Shown here piece by piece: positions 49,843 to 61,060 of a stretch of DNA of 64,000 nt. Position numbers and translations under genes: made by a program. The stretch's first letter is position 1. Each line of letters begins with the position of its first letter. Origin of the DNA: a virus; the IMG/VR virus record IMGVR_UViG_3300015202_000004, positions 129,980 to 193,979 of that record. The stretch is one strand, 5' to 3'. The notes below the pieces were generated by a model. That model did no database searches. It was not told where the DNA came from and saw only the letters and a program-made list of their open reading frames with translations.

Positions 49843-50155
49843 GAGTCAGTAATGACAGGTTCGTCCGAAACGAGAACCTTGCCTTCCTGGGAATAAGTGT
49901 GAGACTTTCACAGTCAATAGACATGTACGTCCAGATGGAAAAAGTAGCAAACCCAACTCGCGAAGTTCGGACTGTCGTGAGAGGTATGGATAACACCTAT
50001 ACGTTGCTGGCTCTAGGCTTATATAACAAGGTTTTGAAAAGAACCGCCTAACCAGAACTAAAACAATCCGTCCAGTTGGTAGAGTTGGGACTCGTGAAAA
50101 GATAAACTACCGCAAATAACCCTTGATAGCGCAATCTATCAGGGGTTATTTGTTT
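49843..50155 (+). ncRNA. orphan structured ncRNA C (about 310 nt)
   Basis: TTGACT-N17-TATACT promoter; long-range stems and GNRA loops; terminator CAAATAACCTTGATAG/CTATCAGGGGTTATTTG. Confidence 0.65.
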
Positions 50156-50194
50156 CCCTTGACGTTTCCAACGTTTTATGGTAATATATAACGA

Positions 50195-50422
50195 ATGAGT
50201 AAGATTTTCGAGGTGACGATACACGAGTTACAATGTCCAAAATGCAAAGGTGTCGGCAAGCGACCAAAGAATGTAACGTCTGGCGGTTTAATTATTTTAC
50301 CAGATTGTAAACTGTGCAACGGCCTTGGGCATGTAGATAAAAAACGTATAAATAAATTTGAACGTAATCAAAGGAACAAATTCGGCAACCTTATTAAATT
50401 GTGGAAGGCAGCATTCAAGTGA
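50195..50422 (+). CDS. DnaJ-type zinc-finger small protein
   Basis: CPKCKGVG...CKLCNGLG. Confidence 0.6.
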   Translation: MSKIFEVTIHELQCPKCKGVGKRPKNVTSGGLIILPDCKLCNGLGHVDKKRINKFERNQRNKFGNLIKLWKAAFK

Positions 50423-50733
50423 ATTTTAATCTATCAGTTATGGACCGTGTTCATGGTGATTTTTCGCATGACTGGGATGCCAATGACCCTGTTCAAGTTT
50501 CCAATGCCCGTGAAATGTTTAATAATCTTAAAAAATTAGGCTACATGGTTTATGAAACTAAGAAGCTTGCTAAGGGTGGCGGCGTAACACATGAAGCCAT
50601 TCACAATTTTGATGCCCTGTGTAGTTCATACGTCTATCAAGAGCCAAAACCTGAACAAGGCGAAGGATTTTTAAAGAAAGTTGCAAATGTGGCGCGTCAA
50701 TTGACGGCGCACCCACCTGTCGCAGGCGGTTAA
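50401..50733 (+). CDS. small protein ending in Gly-Gly
   Basis: VMD..GD....WD..DP.QV..AR..F..L...GY...PPVAGG. Confidence 0.6.
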   Translation: MEGSIQVNFNLSVMDRVHGDFSHDWDANDPVQVSNAREMFNNLKKLGYMVYETKKLAKGGGVTHEAIHNFDALCSSYVYQEPKPEQGEGFLKKVANVARQLTAHPPVAGG

Positions 50734-52044
50734 ATGGTTGCATTATACCAAGCGCATATCGAAAAAGTAGCAGAATTTTTAAATTGTAAATTAGATTTAA
50801 AGCCGGGTCAACGTGGTATGATGTTTGTGGAATATGAACCGCCCACGATTCAAGGCCCTGTTATTGATGAATTTCCTGGTGGCGTTTTTCAATCGGCTCA
50901 AATCAAATATATCACGGTGTTGCATGAACTTGGTCATGTATTCCATGGGCATACCCAAGGCCGACCGCCTTTCGAGAATAAAACCTATTATTTTGATAAT
51001 GGGGTTCTTAAAAGCGAGGCTGAAGCATGGGATTATGCCATGCAAAATTGCATTGACGAATTTGAGCCTAGTACACTTCGGTTTATGCGCCAGTGTTTTA
51101 GTTCATATATTAAATCGGCAAAACAACGCGGCAATCGAAAAGGTCCAATAGATGACCCTGGTCGTGATTTTGTTGAATTTATTTATGACAAGCCTACTCC
51201 TTACGTTGTTTCCGTCTATGAAAAAATGGGTGGAGATAAGCTTGACGTTTTACTTTATACCCATGATGAAGACATAGAATGCAACCACGACCATAACGAC
51301 ATGGTTCTAGCAGCGAAGTATCAAGGGCGTAAGAAAGTATTTCGACGCACAATTCTTTCATATAGCTTTCCGTTGAAAGAAGATGGTAGTCGCGAGGCAG
51401 ACTGGATGGCGCCTTTTGAAGCGGGGCACCTTGCAACACAAGAAGAATTAGCCGAGGTGCGTAAGCAAGATGTTATCAAATATGTTCCTTTGCTTCTCAA
51501 AGAAAGAAAAGGGCGTAAATTACTACGCAAAAATATTGATGACAAGCAATGGGAAGAATACCTGAGAACAGGCTATTTTCACGTTAATTATAACGGTAAA
51601 CGCTATTTGATTTATGGTTACTACGGCGTCCAAGAAATGGATAAATTCGAACGTAGAGTCGTTTCTTATTGCTTACACGGGAAATCGCTTGATTTGCCAC
51701 AATCAGATGTTTTGTTGATTCAAAAATTAATGATTGAGACACAATTTGAAGAATTTGAAAAGCAAGCCCATATAACACATCACATTCATCGCGAAAAAGT
51801 TGTAACTTTTGACCCTTCGGCACATGTTAGTCTTTTGGGGGAAATTAAAAATATCCAGTTAAAAAACTACGAAAATTTGGTAAGAGCAGAGCAAGAATTC
51901 GATGAGCATGAAACTCGGGAACAAAAACTACTCGCAACATGGTCAGAAGCTTTTATAGAGAACAACGTCACCGATGAAGAAGAACAAGTTGTTCTTCCAA
52001 ATTCTATTGCCACTAATAAATTTGTCAAATACAGAGGAGAATAA
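50734..52044 (+). CDS. HExxH-domain multidomain protein
   Basis: VLHELGH...EAEAW.YA; C-terminal QWEEY...GYF.V...YCLH....LP.SDVLL.QKL.IE. Confidence 0.65.
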   Translation: MVALYQAHIEKVAEFLNCKLDLKPGQRGMMFVEYEPPTIQGPVIDEFPGGVFQSAQIKYITVLHELGHVFHGHTQGRPPFENKTYYFDNGVLKSEAEAWDYAMQNCIDEFEPSTLRFMRQCFSSYIKSAKQRGNRKGPIDDPGRDFVEFIYDKPTPYVVSVYEKMGGDKLDVLLYTHDEDIECNHDHNDMVLAAKYQGRKKVFRRTILSYSFPLKEDGSREADWMAPFEAGHLATQEELAEVRKQDVIKYVPLLLKERKGRKLLRKNIDDKQWEEYLRTGYFHVNYNGKRYLIYGYYGVQEMDKFERRVVSYCLHGKSLDLPQSDVLLIQKLMIETQFEEFEKQAHITHHIHREKVVTFDPSAHVSLLGEIKNIQLKNYENLVRAEQEFDEHETREQKLLATWSEAFIENNVTDEEEQVVLPNSIATNKFVKYRGE

Positions 52045-52473
52045 ATATGACATGCACACAATGCGACGGCCACAAAATTATCCGAACAGTAGTTCCTGCG
52101 CGAGCAGCAGGCTTTTTAGATGGAGTATGCGCCCGTTGCAATGGTACGGGAATGGAGCCTGATGGCATTAAAAGCTTGCCTACTCTCAACATTGAGCAGT
52201 TACGTCCTCACATTGGCGAACTCAATTGGATTCTTAAAGATTATGGCATTTCAATCGAAGCGACAGTCGATGATAACACGGGCGAAGTTGAAATGATTGA
52301 CAATATGCCAAATATTCGCATTGGATTTCCTCACCGTTGGGCCGGAAGCATCGTTTAGGTATTGACAAAAGTTCTTTTGATTATCTATTGACATGTAATC
52401 AAATACCTGTTATACTTGGTAAGTAAATAACACTATGGCTCATTTGAAGCCAGCACCCACTAGGAAATAAAAA

Positions 52474-53001
52474 TTGAGTACCAGCGCAATTGCAGAGTTA
52501 GAGCCCGAAACAATGCTCGATAATACTGCTCCTGTCGAAGTAGCAGTAGCCCCAGTCAGCGAAGAAGTAGTAGTAAAACGTTCCAAAGGTCGTCCAAATA
52601 TTCATCCGTTTGCAGGTCGCACGTATCTTCTTAAGAACGAGCTTAAGCTTGCTATGCAAGACAAAGAAGCCTTCGTTTCACTGATGAAAGAAACCTATCC
52701 GGTTAGCGATGAACGCAAGAAAGCACTTGGCACGGTTGTTAATGCGCCAAGCGAATTGTCTTTCACAATTCATGGTCCCATTCGCAATGTAATTGAACAA
52801 TTGCATAAGTTGCGCGGAATCTATGGCGACAAAGCCAAGATTAACATTTCCAAAGAACGTATGGTCGCACCGACCAGCGCCTTGTACTTGAAGCCCATTC
52901 AAGAAGTCATTGGTGAACGCAAAGGTAAATCAGTGTACAAACGTATTTTTGAAGAATATCGTTCAGACACTATTTACGGCTACGTCGTTGTTGCCATCTG
53001 A
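52474..53001 (+). CDS. hypothetical protein
   Basis: 175-aa ORF with AGGA SD and upstream promoters. Confidence 0.6.
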   Translation: MSTSAIAELEPETMLDNTAPVEVAVAPVSEEVVVKRSKGRPNIHPFAGRTYLLKNELKLAMQDKEAFVSLMKETYPVSDERKKALGTVVNAPSELSFTIHGPIRNVIEQLHKLRGIYGDKAKINISKERMVAPTSALYLKPIQEVIGERKGKSVYKRIFEEYRSDTIYGYVVVAI

Positions 53002-53440
53002 GACTAAATCCCATCCACGTCAACGTACAATCAGGTGGTCAGTAAATAAAAGAGGTTGCTTTGTAGTAACTTCTCATAAAACAGATGATAGCGGTTATGC
53101 TGTGGGCATGCGTAAAGGAAAACACGTAAAGCTACACCGTTATCTATATGAAGTCAGAAATGGCCCTTTAAAAGCAGGCTTAGTATTACTTCATGAATGT
53201 GACAACCGATTGTGCGTTAACCCAGGTCATCTAACCCCTGGTACTCACCAGGAAAACATGAATGATATGGTAAATAAAGGCCGTTCAGCCAAAGGTGAGA
53301 GAGTCGCTTCGTCAAAATTAACTAAAGCGCAAGTTGCAGTTATTAGACGAAGTAAACTTTCCACATTAGAACTGGCACAAAAGTTCAAAGTGCATCGTTC
53401 GACCATAGATAGGGTAAAAAATCGAACCCACTGGACATAA
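52910..53440 (+). CDS. HNH endonuclease (start uncertain)
   Basis: HRYLYE...LH.CDN..CVNP.HL..GT...N..DM..KGR, C-terminal HTH. Confidence 0.85.
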   Translation: MVNAKVNQCTNVFLKNIVQTLFTATSLLPSETKSHPRQRTIRWSVNKRGCFVVTSHKTDDSGYAVGMRKGKHVKLHRYLYEVRNGPLKAGLVLLHECDNRLCVNPGHLTPGTHQENMNDMVNKGRSAKGERVASSKLTKAQVAVIRRSKLSTLELAQKFKVHRSTIDRVKNRTHWT

Positions 53441-53771
53441 TTTAATCACTATGGTATAATGGACTCATGAAAACATCATGGGTCCATTTTCTTTTCGGTC
53501 TTACCTTGATTTTGCCTCATACTGGTGAAATTCTAGAGGGTCCACCGACCAAAGAAACTCGATTGGTCCAAGTTTGCCAGACCTTAGTGAATACCGATAA
53601 GCTTGCACAAGTGATTGGCAATGCTAATTTAGCGATTGAACGACAGAAGTGGAATCTAACTCATCGTGGAATTGCTGCAATTAATTTAAATACTCGGGTC
53701 TGCGTAACAAATGAGCCGCGTCCAACTTGGACACCTTTGCCAAAAACAACACCTCCTCCTGGTTCAAACGG

Positions 53772-54503
53772 TTACCGTTTCCCAGGGTGATTTTTTATTC
53801 TAGTCAGCCATTTGTTCCATTCTTCAAAACGAAAAGAGCCTTTTGCTTTATTGCACATTGAGCAGCATGGCGCAACATTTGATGCTGTATATCCTTCGTT
53901 ATTGTTTTTTCTATCAATTCCATTTAAGAAATTTTCGCGATAATATCCACAATAAAAACATTCTTTTCGAACCAATTCAAAAAACAAAGATTCAATGGTA
54001 AAAATTAAATTTCTTTTTTTAGCACTATAAATATATCTTTTCAGTGGACAATCATCGTGACCTGATTTTGAAATTATATTTAATCCAAACCAAGACAGTT
54101 TATGATTAGATTTACAAAAAGAACAATATTTTTGTTTATTTGTACAATTCAAAATTTGACAATCATGATTTTTGTTTGCTTCTTTAAGTTGACCAGCAAA
54201 ATTTTTATATAAATTTGAATGGCATTTTTTACATATAGTATAATGACCATTTTTATTTAATTTTTTAATAGGAAAAAAAGATAAAAATTTTTTAGTATTG
54301 CATTTTGAACATAAGCGTTCAACTTCATGACATAAATTTGAGCATAAATGTTCCGGTAAAAAACAACTGTTGCACAAAGAATAGCTTAAGTCTTTAAATC
54401 TCGATTTAACATCTTCATTTACTCTATTGCATTTATCACAAACAATATGAATGTATTTAACGTTTTGTTTTTTATTAAATTTATAATATTCTTCGATAAA
54501 CAT
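53772..54503 (-). CDS. HNH homing endonuclease-like protein
   Basis: CFYCG...NGIDRKNNNEGY...NV.PCC.MCN.AK; very AT-rich. Confidence 0.8.
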   Translation of the reverse strand: MFIEEYYKFNKKQNVKYIHIVCDKCNRVNEDVKSRFKDLSYSLCNSCFLPEHLCSNLCHEVERLCSKCNTKKFLSFFPIKKLNKNGHYTICKKCHSNLYKNFAGQLKEANKNHDCQILNCTNKQKYCSFCKSNHKLSWFGLNIISKSGHDDCPLKRYIYSAKKRNLIFTIESLFFELVRKECFYCGYYRENFLNGIDRKNNNEGYTASNVAPCCSMCNKAKGSFRFEEWNKWLTRIKNHPGKR

Positions 54504-54563
54504 AAAAATATCCTCGCACAGTACCTAACAATACATATGCGAGGATAAATTGTTTTGCAGCAA

Positions 54564-55088
54564 TTATTTTGTTGCGTAAAGTGCTACTCGTGCCATTCCG
54601 CCCATGCCTATAGCTGTTTTAGCAGCATAAGATAGGTCAATGATTCGTCCACCAGTGAAAGGTCCACGGTCAACAATTTTAACTAAAACACTTTTTAAAT
54701 TTGCTAAATTAACTACTTTTACAATTGTGCCAAACGGTAAATACCTATTGGCAGCAACCATGTCATAAGTATTAAATCTAACACCGCTTGCCGTTCTTGC
54801 GCCTTGGAACCCGTCGCCGAGCCCATACCATGATGCAATTCCGGTGGTGATGTATGCCATAGGTCTGGTTACCACTTTTAGTGGGTCAAAACGATGGTTT
54901 ATCTTGCGTTTCTTTTTCTTTTTCGTCTTTTTCAAGTCGAATTTTTCTAAGAAACTGAACCTACTAGCATCGCTAATAGGAACTGTTAGCGCATTGTGAT
55001 TAACTAATTGGGCACTAGCATTACTTCCTTGTAATACCATTGCGAACAATGTTGCTGTCACAACAAACTTTTTGATGATTTTTGTCAT
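54564..55088 (-). CDS. rlpA: RlpA-like lytic transglycosylase (DPBB domain), secreted
   Basis: GIASWYG..F.G..TASG.......AA.R.LPFGT.V.V.N......V...DRGPF...RIIDLS; signal peptide; AGGAG SD. Confidence 0.9.
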   Translation of the reverse strand: MTKIIKKFVVTATLFAMVLQGSNASAQLVNHNALTVPISDASRFSFLEKFDLKKTKKKKKRKINHRFDPLKVVTRPMAYITTGIASWYGLGDGFQGARTASGVRFNTYDMVAANRYLPFGTIVKVVNLANLKSVLVKIVDRGPFTGGRIIDLSYAAKTAIGMGGMARVALYATK

Positions 55089-57309
55089 TAAAGATTTCTC
55101 CTTTCTTGCCAAAACTCAACCCCATCTTATTATATTAGTACATGGCTGTCAACTTGACAAAATTATGAATATGTGCATAGCATTTTATATTACTTGAACC
55201 CTAATTGAAAGTCGTTATCAGGTGTGGGTCATGAAGCCTTCTTCGTCTTACAGGGCATTTTTTGAGCGTAAGCCAGGGCCTGTGAATAATGTGTATAAGA
55301 TTTTTGTCGCAGTATATTGACTTTGAATTTATCAAAGGGTAATATAGGGGTATCACTAATTGCCGCCCAAGGAGGCCGGATAGATGAACTCAGTTCGCCC
55401 AGTGTTTTCCATCACGTCTCACCTGAACGGAAAAATATACGAACTAATTCAGACGGACGCCAACAGTGGTCAGGGTAAACAGGTTCTACAAATAGCCACG
55501 AATGATGAAAAATACTTTCAGGCGCAAATTCCTGGGCGATTTACAGAATTCGTCATTGACCAGTCAAACCCTAGCCAGACCTACAAAGAGGCGGTTATGG
55601 AACTTTGTCAAGCCGTCGCTAAGGGAATAGAAATAAACGCCCTGGACGCGGCGCAGACACAATGGAATAATGGCGAACAACGAACTACGAACGGGCTTCT
55701 TTCCCATAGCAATAGCCGAAGTAGTCCGTCTTCCTCAAATAATAATCAGTTAGAAGTAAGGCAACTTGTCACTTGAGCCCTGCGTAAGCTGATTTTAAGA
55801 GCCCCAAGCAATTGGGGCTCTTTTTTATTGCTTGACAGGCAGGGCAATAAGTGATATAATAAAAATCATGAGCGTATATTCAAAAGTAATTTCAGAAGCA
55901 ACAAGCGTGAAGAACGTTCACGAGCTTGAGGAGATTGAAGAAATGATTCGAGGAATGTTTTCTACTACCTTGGACCATTTCACCAAAGCTGAATTGACGC
56001 GCATGGCTATTGAAGTGAATAGCATTCGCCTTTCGCCCGAATATCAAGAAGAAATTTCAGTTGCATAATGAACGAAAAGGAAGTGCGGGAAGCCAATCGG
56101 CTACGACGCAGCCTTAATAAGCAGAAGCACTTTAAGTGCCCGTTGTGCTTCCATGGGAAGCCGGGTCACGCAGGGAAAACTTGTATTGCTCCCGTTGAAA
56201 GCGAAAAATGTGGTTGCTTAGGTATTGACAAACGCTCATAGTTATGCTATATTATATACATGCTGCCAGATAAATATCCGGTATTTACTTTTAAAAAGTC
56301 AAATTCAACCAATCCACTTGGTTTCCGTTGGCTTCTTCAGCGTGAATATCTCTATGTAAACAACAGCCGAACATATTGGCATGTTTCGTTTTATGATAAT
56401 GTTGGCGAATCAGAAAGAGAATATGAAATAAATGCTATTAGCCGACGTTCATTATATCGTTCACTTGATGTGGCAAAGCAACACTTGATTATTGACTATT
56501 TAAAATACTACTGTCCAACAATCTTAAAAGAATTAGAAAACGAGGGGTTTGTGCCCCTGCCGTTCGAACATGATGAAATCGGCAAAGCAATCTCATAAAC
56601 AAATACCAATAGGTATTGACAAACGTCAAGGAGTATGGTAATATAAAAGCATGTCAAGATTCAATCGTCGTCCGACCCGTCGCTTTTCTAGACTCCTAGA
56701 TGGAATCGGAGCAGCCCTTATTACACTGGGAGCCCTTGCTCTCGGAATGCTTCCAGCAGTTGTCTATCTAGTCATTGGAGCCATTCTTTTTGGCTACAAC
56801 ATGTGGGCATACTTCGGTCTTCTTCTTCCTTGGTATTTGAATGCAGTTGGCGGCGTTATCGCCCCGTTGAACTTCGTGTTCGCATTCATTGCTTACGTCA
56901 TAATTAATTTCGCCCACCATGCCGCACCAATTATTCACTAATCACTAAATCAAAAGGAAAACAATATGCTTACACCAAATCAGGTTAATACCCATTTTAA
57001 CCTTGCTCAGGTAATCCTTGGCCTTACCGTGGTCCTTCTGTTCGTCGGACTGTATTTGAACAGCAACCTCATTATAGACTTGGCCCTTGGAATCAACATT
57101 TTCGTCGGTCTGCTCTTTCTTGTGTCAATTAATGCGTCAAATATTAAATTCCAATTTGAATTGATGCAGACGATTATGAAACAATCCAAGGAACACGCTT
57201 TGACAACGACTAACGCAATTTCAATAAAATAATTATTCACCTAGTTGGTAAAAAATAATACAAAAAAACAGCTTGACAATCCAAAAAAATGTAGTATAGT
57301 AGATGGTGA

Positions 57310-58137
57310 ATGCAAAAAGTAATTTATCACGGAAAATGTTCAGATGGATTTACTGGAGCGTGGGTTCTTAAGCAGGCTTACCCAGACGCAGAATTCTACG
57401 AAGGAATTTATCAAGAACCGCCTCCAGACGTGACCGACCGAGACGTAGTATTAGTAGACTTTTCTTACAAGCGGGAAATCATTGAAAAAATGTTGGAGTC
57501 TTGTAAGTCGTTGTTAATCTTGGACCACCACGTATCTGCCGAGGCGGATTTAAAAGATTTAAACCATCTAAAATTAAAGATGGTTTTCAACATGAAACTG
57601 TCTGGAGCAGGCGTTGCTTGGCAATATTATTTCCCAAACAAACGTGTCCCGGTACTTGTTCAGTATATCCAAGACCGAGATTTATGGGCAAATAAGCTTC
57701 CGCAAACTAAAGAAGTGGCTGCTTACATCTTCTCATTAGAGCAATCATTCGATTTATGGGATAAAATGGCCCAAATCGAAAGTTTTGAAGACGGTAAATT
57801 TCAAAACATTGTTGAACAAGGGGTTACCCTCGTCCGCAAGCAAGACAAAGATGTAAAACAACTTGTAGAATTAATGCAGCGTTCGATGAATATTGGCGGG
57901 CATGAAGTCCCAGTTGCAAATATTCCCCACACAATGGCCTCCGAAGCGGGACAATTGATGGCAAAAGGAAATAAATTTGCCGCAAATTATTGGGATACCG
58001 CCGATGGTCGTATCTTCTCCTTACGGTCGGAACCAGGTGGAATGGACGTTTCAATTATCGCCGCGAATTATGGTGGCGGTGGGCATAAACATGCCGCAGG
58101 ATTCCGTATGCCCCTTGGTTGGGAAGGCGAAGTTTAG
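57310..58137 (+). CDS. DHH/DHHA1 phosphoesterase
   Basis: YHG.C.DG, VDFS, LDHH, SGA, QDRDLW, SLRS, GGGGHKHAAGF. Confidence 0.9.
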   Translation: MQKVIYHGKCSDGFTGAWVLKQAYPDAEFYEGIYQEPPPDVTDRDVVLVDFSYKREIIEKMLESCKSLLILDHHVSAEADLKDLNHLKLKMVFNMKLSGAGVAWQYYFPNKRVPVLVQYIQDRDLWANKLPQTKEVAAYIFSLEQSFDLWDKMAQIESFEDGKFQNIVEQGVTLVRKQDKDVKQLVELMQRSMNIGGHEVPVANIPHTMASEAGQLMAKGNKFAANYWDTADGRIFSLRSEPGGMDVSIIAANYGGGGHKHAAGFRMPLGWEGEV

Positions 58138-59291
58138 GTATTGACAAAAACAAGCGAACAAGGTATAGTAAACACATGGGATATAACACTGTCGTAACAA
58201 TTATCAATGATAATTTTTCAGCCATCGAAAGTAATCCAGAGGGCTTCGTTGAGGCCATCCGTGAAGGAATGAACAATAAGGATTCTTCGGAATTACTGGT
58301 TCGTTTTAAAGATTCGAACCTAGGCCGAACGGTTGGGAAAGTCATGCAAGCCGCACATGCTGATGAAACCCAAGTTGTTGTCGTGGGCCGTAATACTGCC
58401 AATCGCGTTCTTTCGGAATATTACCTCGGCATGGAGCCTGAGCAAATTCTTCGTCGCCTTGCAGACAAGCTTGGATTCACAGTTTCAAAGAAACAGAAAG
58501 TAATTTAATATGAAAATTCATCTAGACTTTATTATTGGAATCATTGTCTTCTTCGTGACTCTGGTTCAATCACACGACCTTGTTTCATCGCTAATTTGGG
58601 GCGTTGGTTCTTTCTTAGTAGTTGACATTTTTCTGTTGCTTTTGACAGGCGTTATTTTCACCGTCATCGGTTTTATTAAAGTTCGTGAAGACCAGAAAAA
58701 AAACTCAAACCTTCAGAACACGCCTTAAGAAGGTATTGACATTGAATGACTTTTGTGGTAGTATAAATACATGGCAAAAGCATTCTCGGTACTGAAAGTA
58801 AAAGATAACACGGAAGCCGCAGTTCTCCAAGTTTGTTTGGAAAACTACTTCTCTAGTTCTCTTGGCAATCCCCTTTATCGCAATTCAGCCCGTCATATGC
58901 TGAAGCGATTAAATCGGGAGTTGGAAAAGTAATGAAAGCACAAAAAGTCGGTACCATTACTTGGGAGCCTGCTGATGAAGATGACGTTCAATTATACACC
59001 AACAGCGAAGACGTATCTCGTTTTGAAGCTGAATTGGATGACAGCGATTCTTACCATGACCAGAGTTTTGAAGAAATGATTATGGGCAAGTACGCCGAAT
59101 TCCATGATTGTTGCCCTGATTGTGCCAATTATATTGATGCTCGTACCATGCGTTGCAGTTGCAAACTTTGGGACCGAAATATTGACTAAATTAGAGAGAC
59201 AGGTCTTCCTGTTTGGTAATTAAAAGCTTTTATAATAGTTGACAAAAAAACTTGTTCTGCTATACTAAGTAAGTGAAAACACACTCTCTCT

Positions 59292-60422
59292 TTGAAAGGA
59301 ACTTTTATCAAAAATCTATCTTTGGTTGTAGCCAGTCTTCTTTTAGCCGTTAGTCTTTCGGCTTGCGGTAGTGGAAGTGGTGCAAGTGGTTCTTTACTTA
59401 CTCCAACCGTTCCCGTAGTGCCTATAACGGCGCAACATGCCTCGGTTTCACTTTCCTTTATCGTTCCTCAAAATGATTCTCAAGCTTCCCCGATTCTTTC
59501 CAAATCATCCAATCGAACGACCAAGTTCGTTTCACCGGGCCAAAATAACTTCACCCTTATTGTTGACGGCATTAAAGTTTTAAATGCCGCTGTTATTTCA
59601 CCGGCGCTTGCCAATACCACCTCTAGTCCTGACGGCAACACAAAAGTAACCGTGACTTACGCCGGGGCGGGTAACTACTACACGTATACGGTTGGAATTG
59701 ATACGCTAGCCGGAACACATCGCGTAGGTGTAGAAATTCTTGGAAATAAGCCGCAAATTATTCTTTCCGAAGCACAAAATGTGTATACGCTTCAACCAGG
59801 AGCTAATCCTCCTGCAACTCTTACCTTGAAGGGCGTAATTTCAACGGGTTATATCGAATGCGGTAATGGACCAGTAAATAGTACAAATTGCTCCAGTTCA
59901 TTCGTAGCAGATACAACGTTTGGAACGGGCGGCGTTTACACCTTGACAGCCATTGGTGCAGATTATGATGGATTTCCAATCGCTTCGCAACCTGGGATTT
60001 CATTTGACAATGGCGGTTTTACAGTAGTTGAAACGGATACTAATGCCGTTCTTCGACTAACGCAAAATTCACCTTTCACAGTCCCTGGAACACAATTGAC
60101 AGGCCCAAGCGGCGGCTATTATGTAGCGCAAACTGCACGATATGGTCAGCCGTTCCAAGCACGTTGTCTTAAAACAGGCTCTACGGTTTTAGCATTACAA
60201 AATGTAGCAACAGGACCAAATGACCCGCTTGTTGGTGAAACATATGTCACCTATGACCCTTCGACTGGTGGAACGACTGGTAATTATCCTGGTGCCGGAA
60301 TTTTACGTCAAGGTGATAAAACTCCTGGCAATCCGAACTATCACAATGGTTCCAATCCAAATGCAGTTACGAATTTATTGTCCGTATCTTGCACACCTAA
60401 TCTACAACTGCTAATCAACTAA
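59292..60422 (+). CDS. lipoprotein, Gly/Thr/Ser-rich beta protein
   Basis: Lipobox LSAC after a hydrophobic signal, then GSGSG. Confidence 0.75.
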   Translation: MKGTFIKNLSLVVASLLLAVSLSACGSGSGASGSLLTPTVPVVPITAQHASVSLSFIVPQNDSQASPILSKSSNRTTKFVSPGQNNFTLIVDGIKVLNAAVISPALANTTSSPDGNTKVTVTYAGAGNYYTYTVGIDTLAGTHRVGVEILGNKPQIILSEAQNVYTLQPGANPPATLTLKGVISTGYIECGNGPVNSTNCSSSFVADTTFGTGGVYTLTAIGADYDGFPIASQPGISFDNGGFTVVETDTNAVLRLTQNSPFTVPGTQLTGPSGGYYVAQTARYGQPFQARCLKTGSTVLALQNVATGPNDPLVGETYVTYDPSTGGTTGNYPGAGILRQGDKTPGNPNYHNGSNPNAVTNLLSVSCTPNLQLLIN

Positions 60423-61060
60423 TTAGCAATAAAACAATGGCGACGAAGCGCTTCTATCGAAAGGTAGAGGCACTTTTTTAAAAAAGAAAAGATGGATAAA
60501 GTGGAAGAAACACCCTGCCTTAAATGCGGTAAAAAAACTTTGATTATCGAAATGCGTCTCACTACTAAACCTATGGGAACGTATTCAATTGCCGGGGTAC
60601 AGCCTAAAGTTATGGCATCTGAATGGCCGTGGCTTAAATGTATTAATTGTGGAATCGAATCAGCAGCAAAAGAATGAAACAAAAATTCCGCCTTATTTAC
60701 GCTATAATGCTTTTAATGATTATCAACGTTTACGTTATTATACATAATATCATTTATCTTCAAAGTTTACATAAGTGAAAAAATTTAGATTCCGAATAAA
60801 AGCCAGTCCAGAATTTGACGGGTGGATTCTTTACGAAAATGGCAAAATAACAAATACAAGAATTTTTTCAGTGGGTGATTTATTTTATTTTCACCCAAAC
60901 GAAGATACAACTGAAATGAATGACGGCGGTTGGTCGATAGACAGTGAAACACTGGAAACAGCCAAACAAAGAGCCGTAGAATTTTATGTCTCACAAAAAT
61001 ACCCTGAGACAATAATCTAAGGGTATTGACATTTGATTTAACAGGGTGTATAATTAATTC

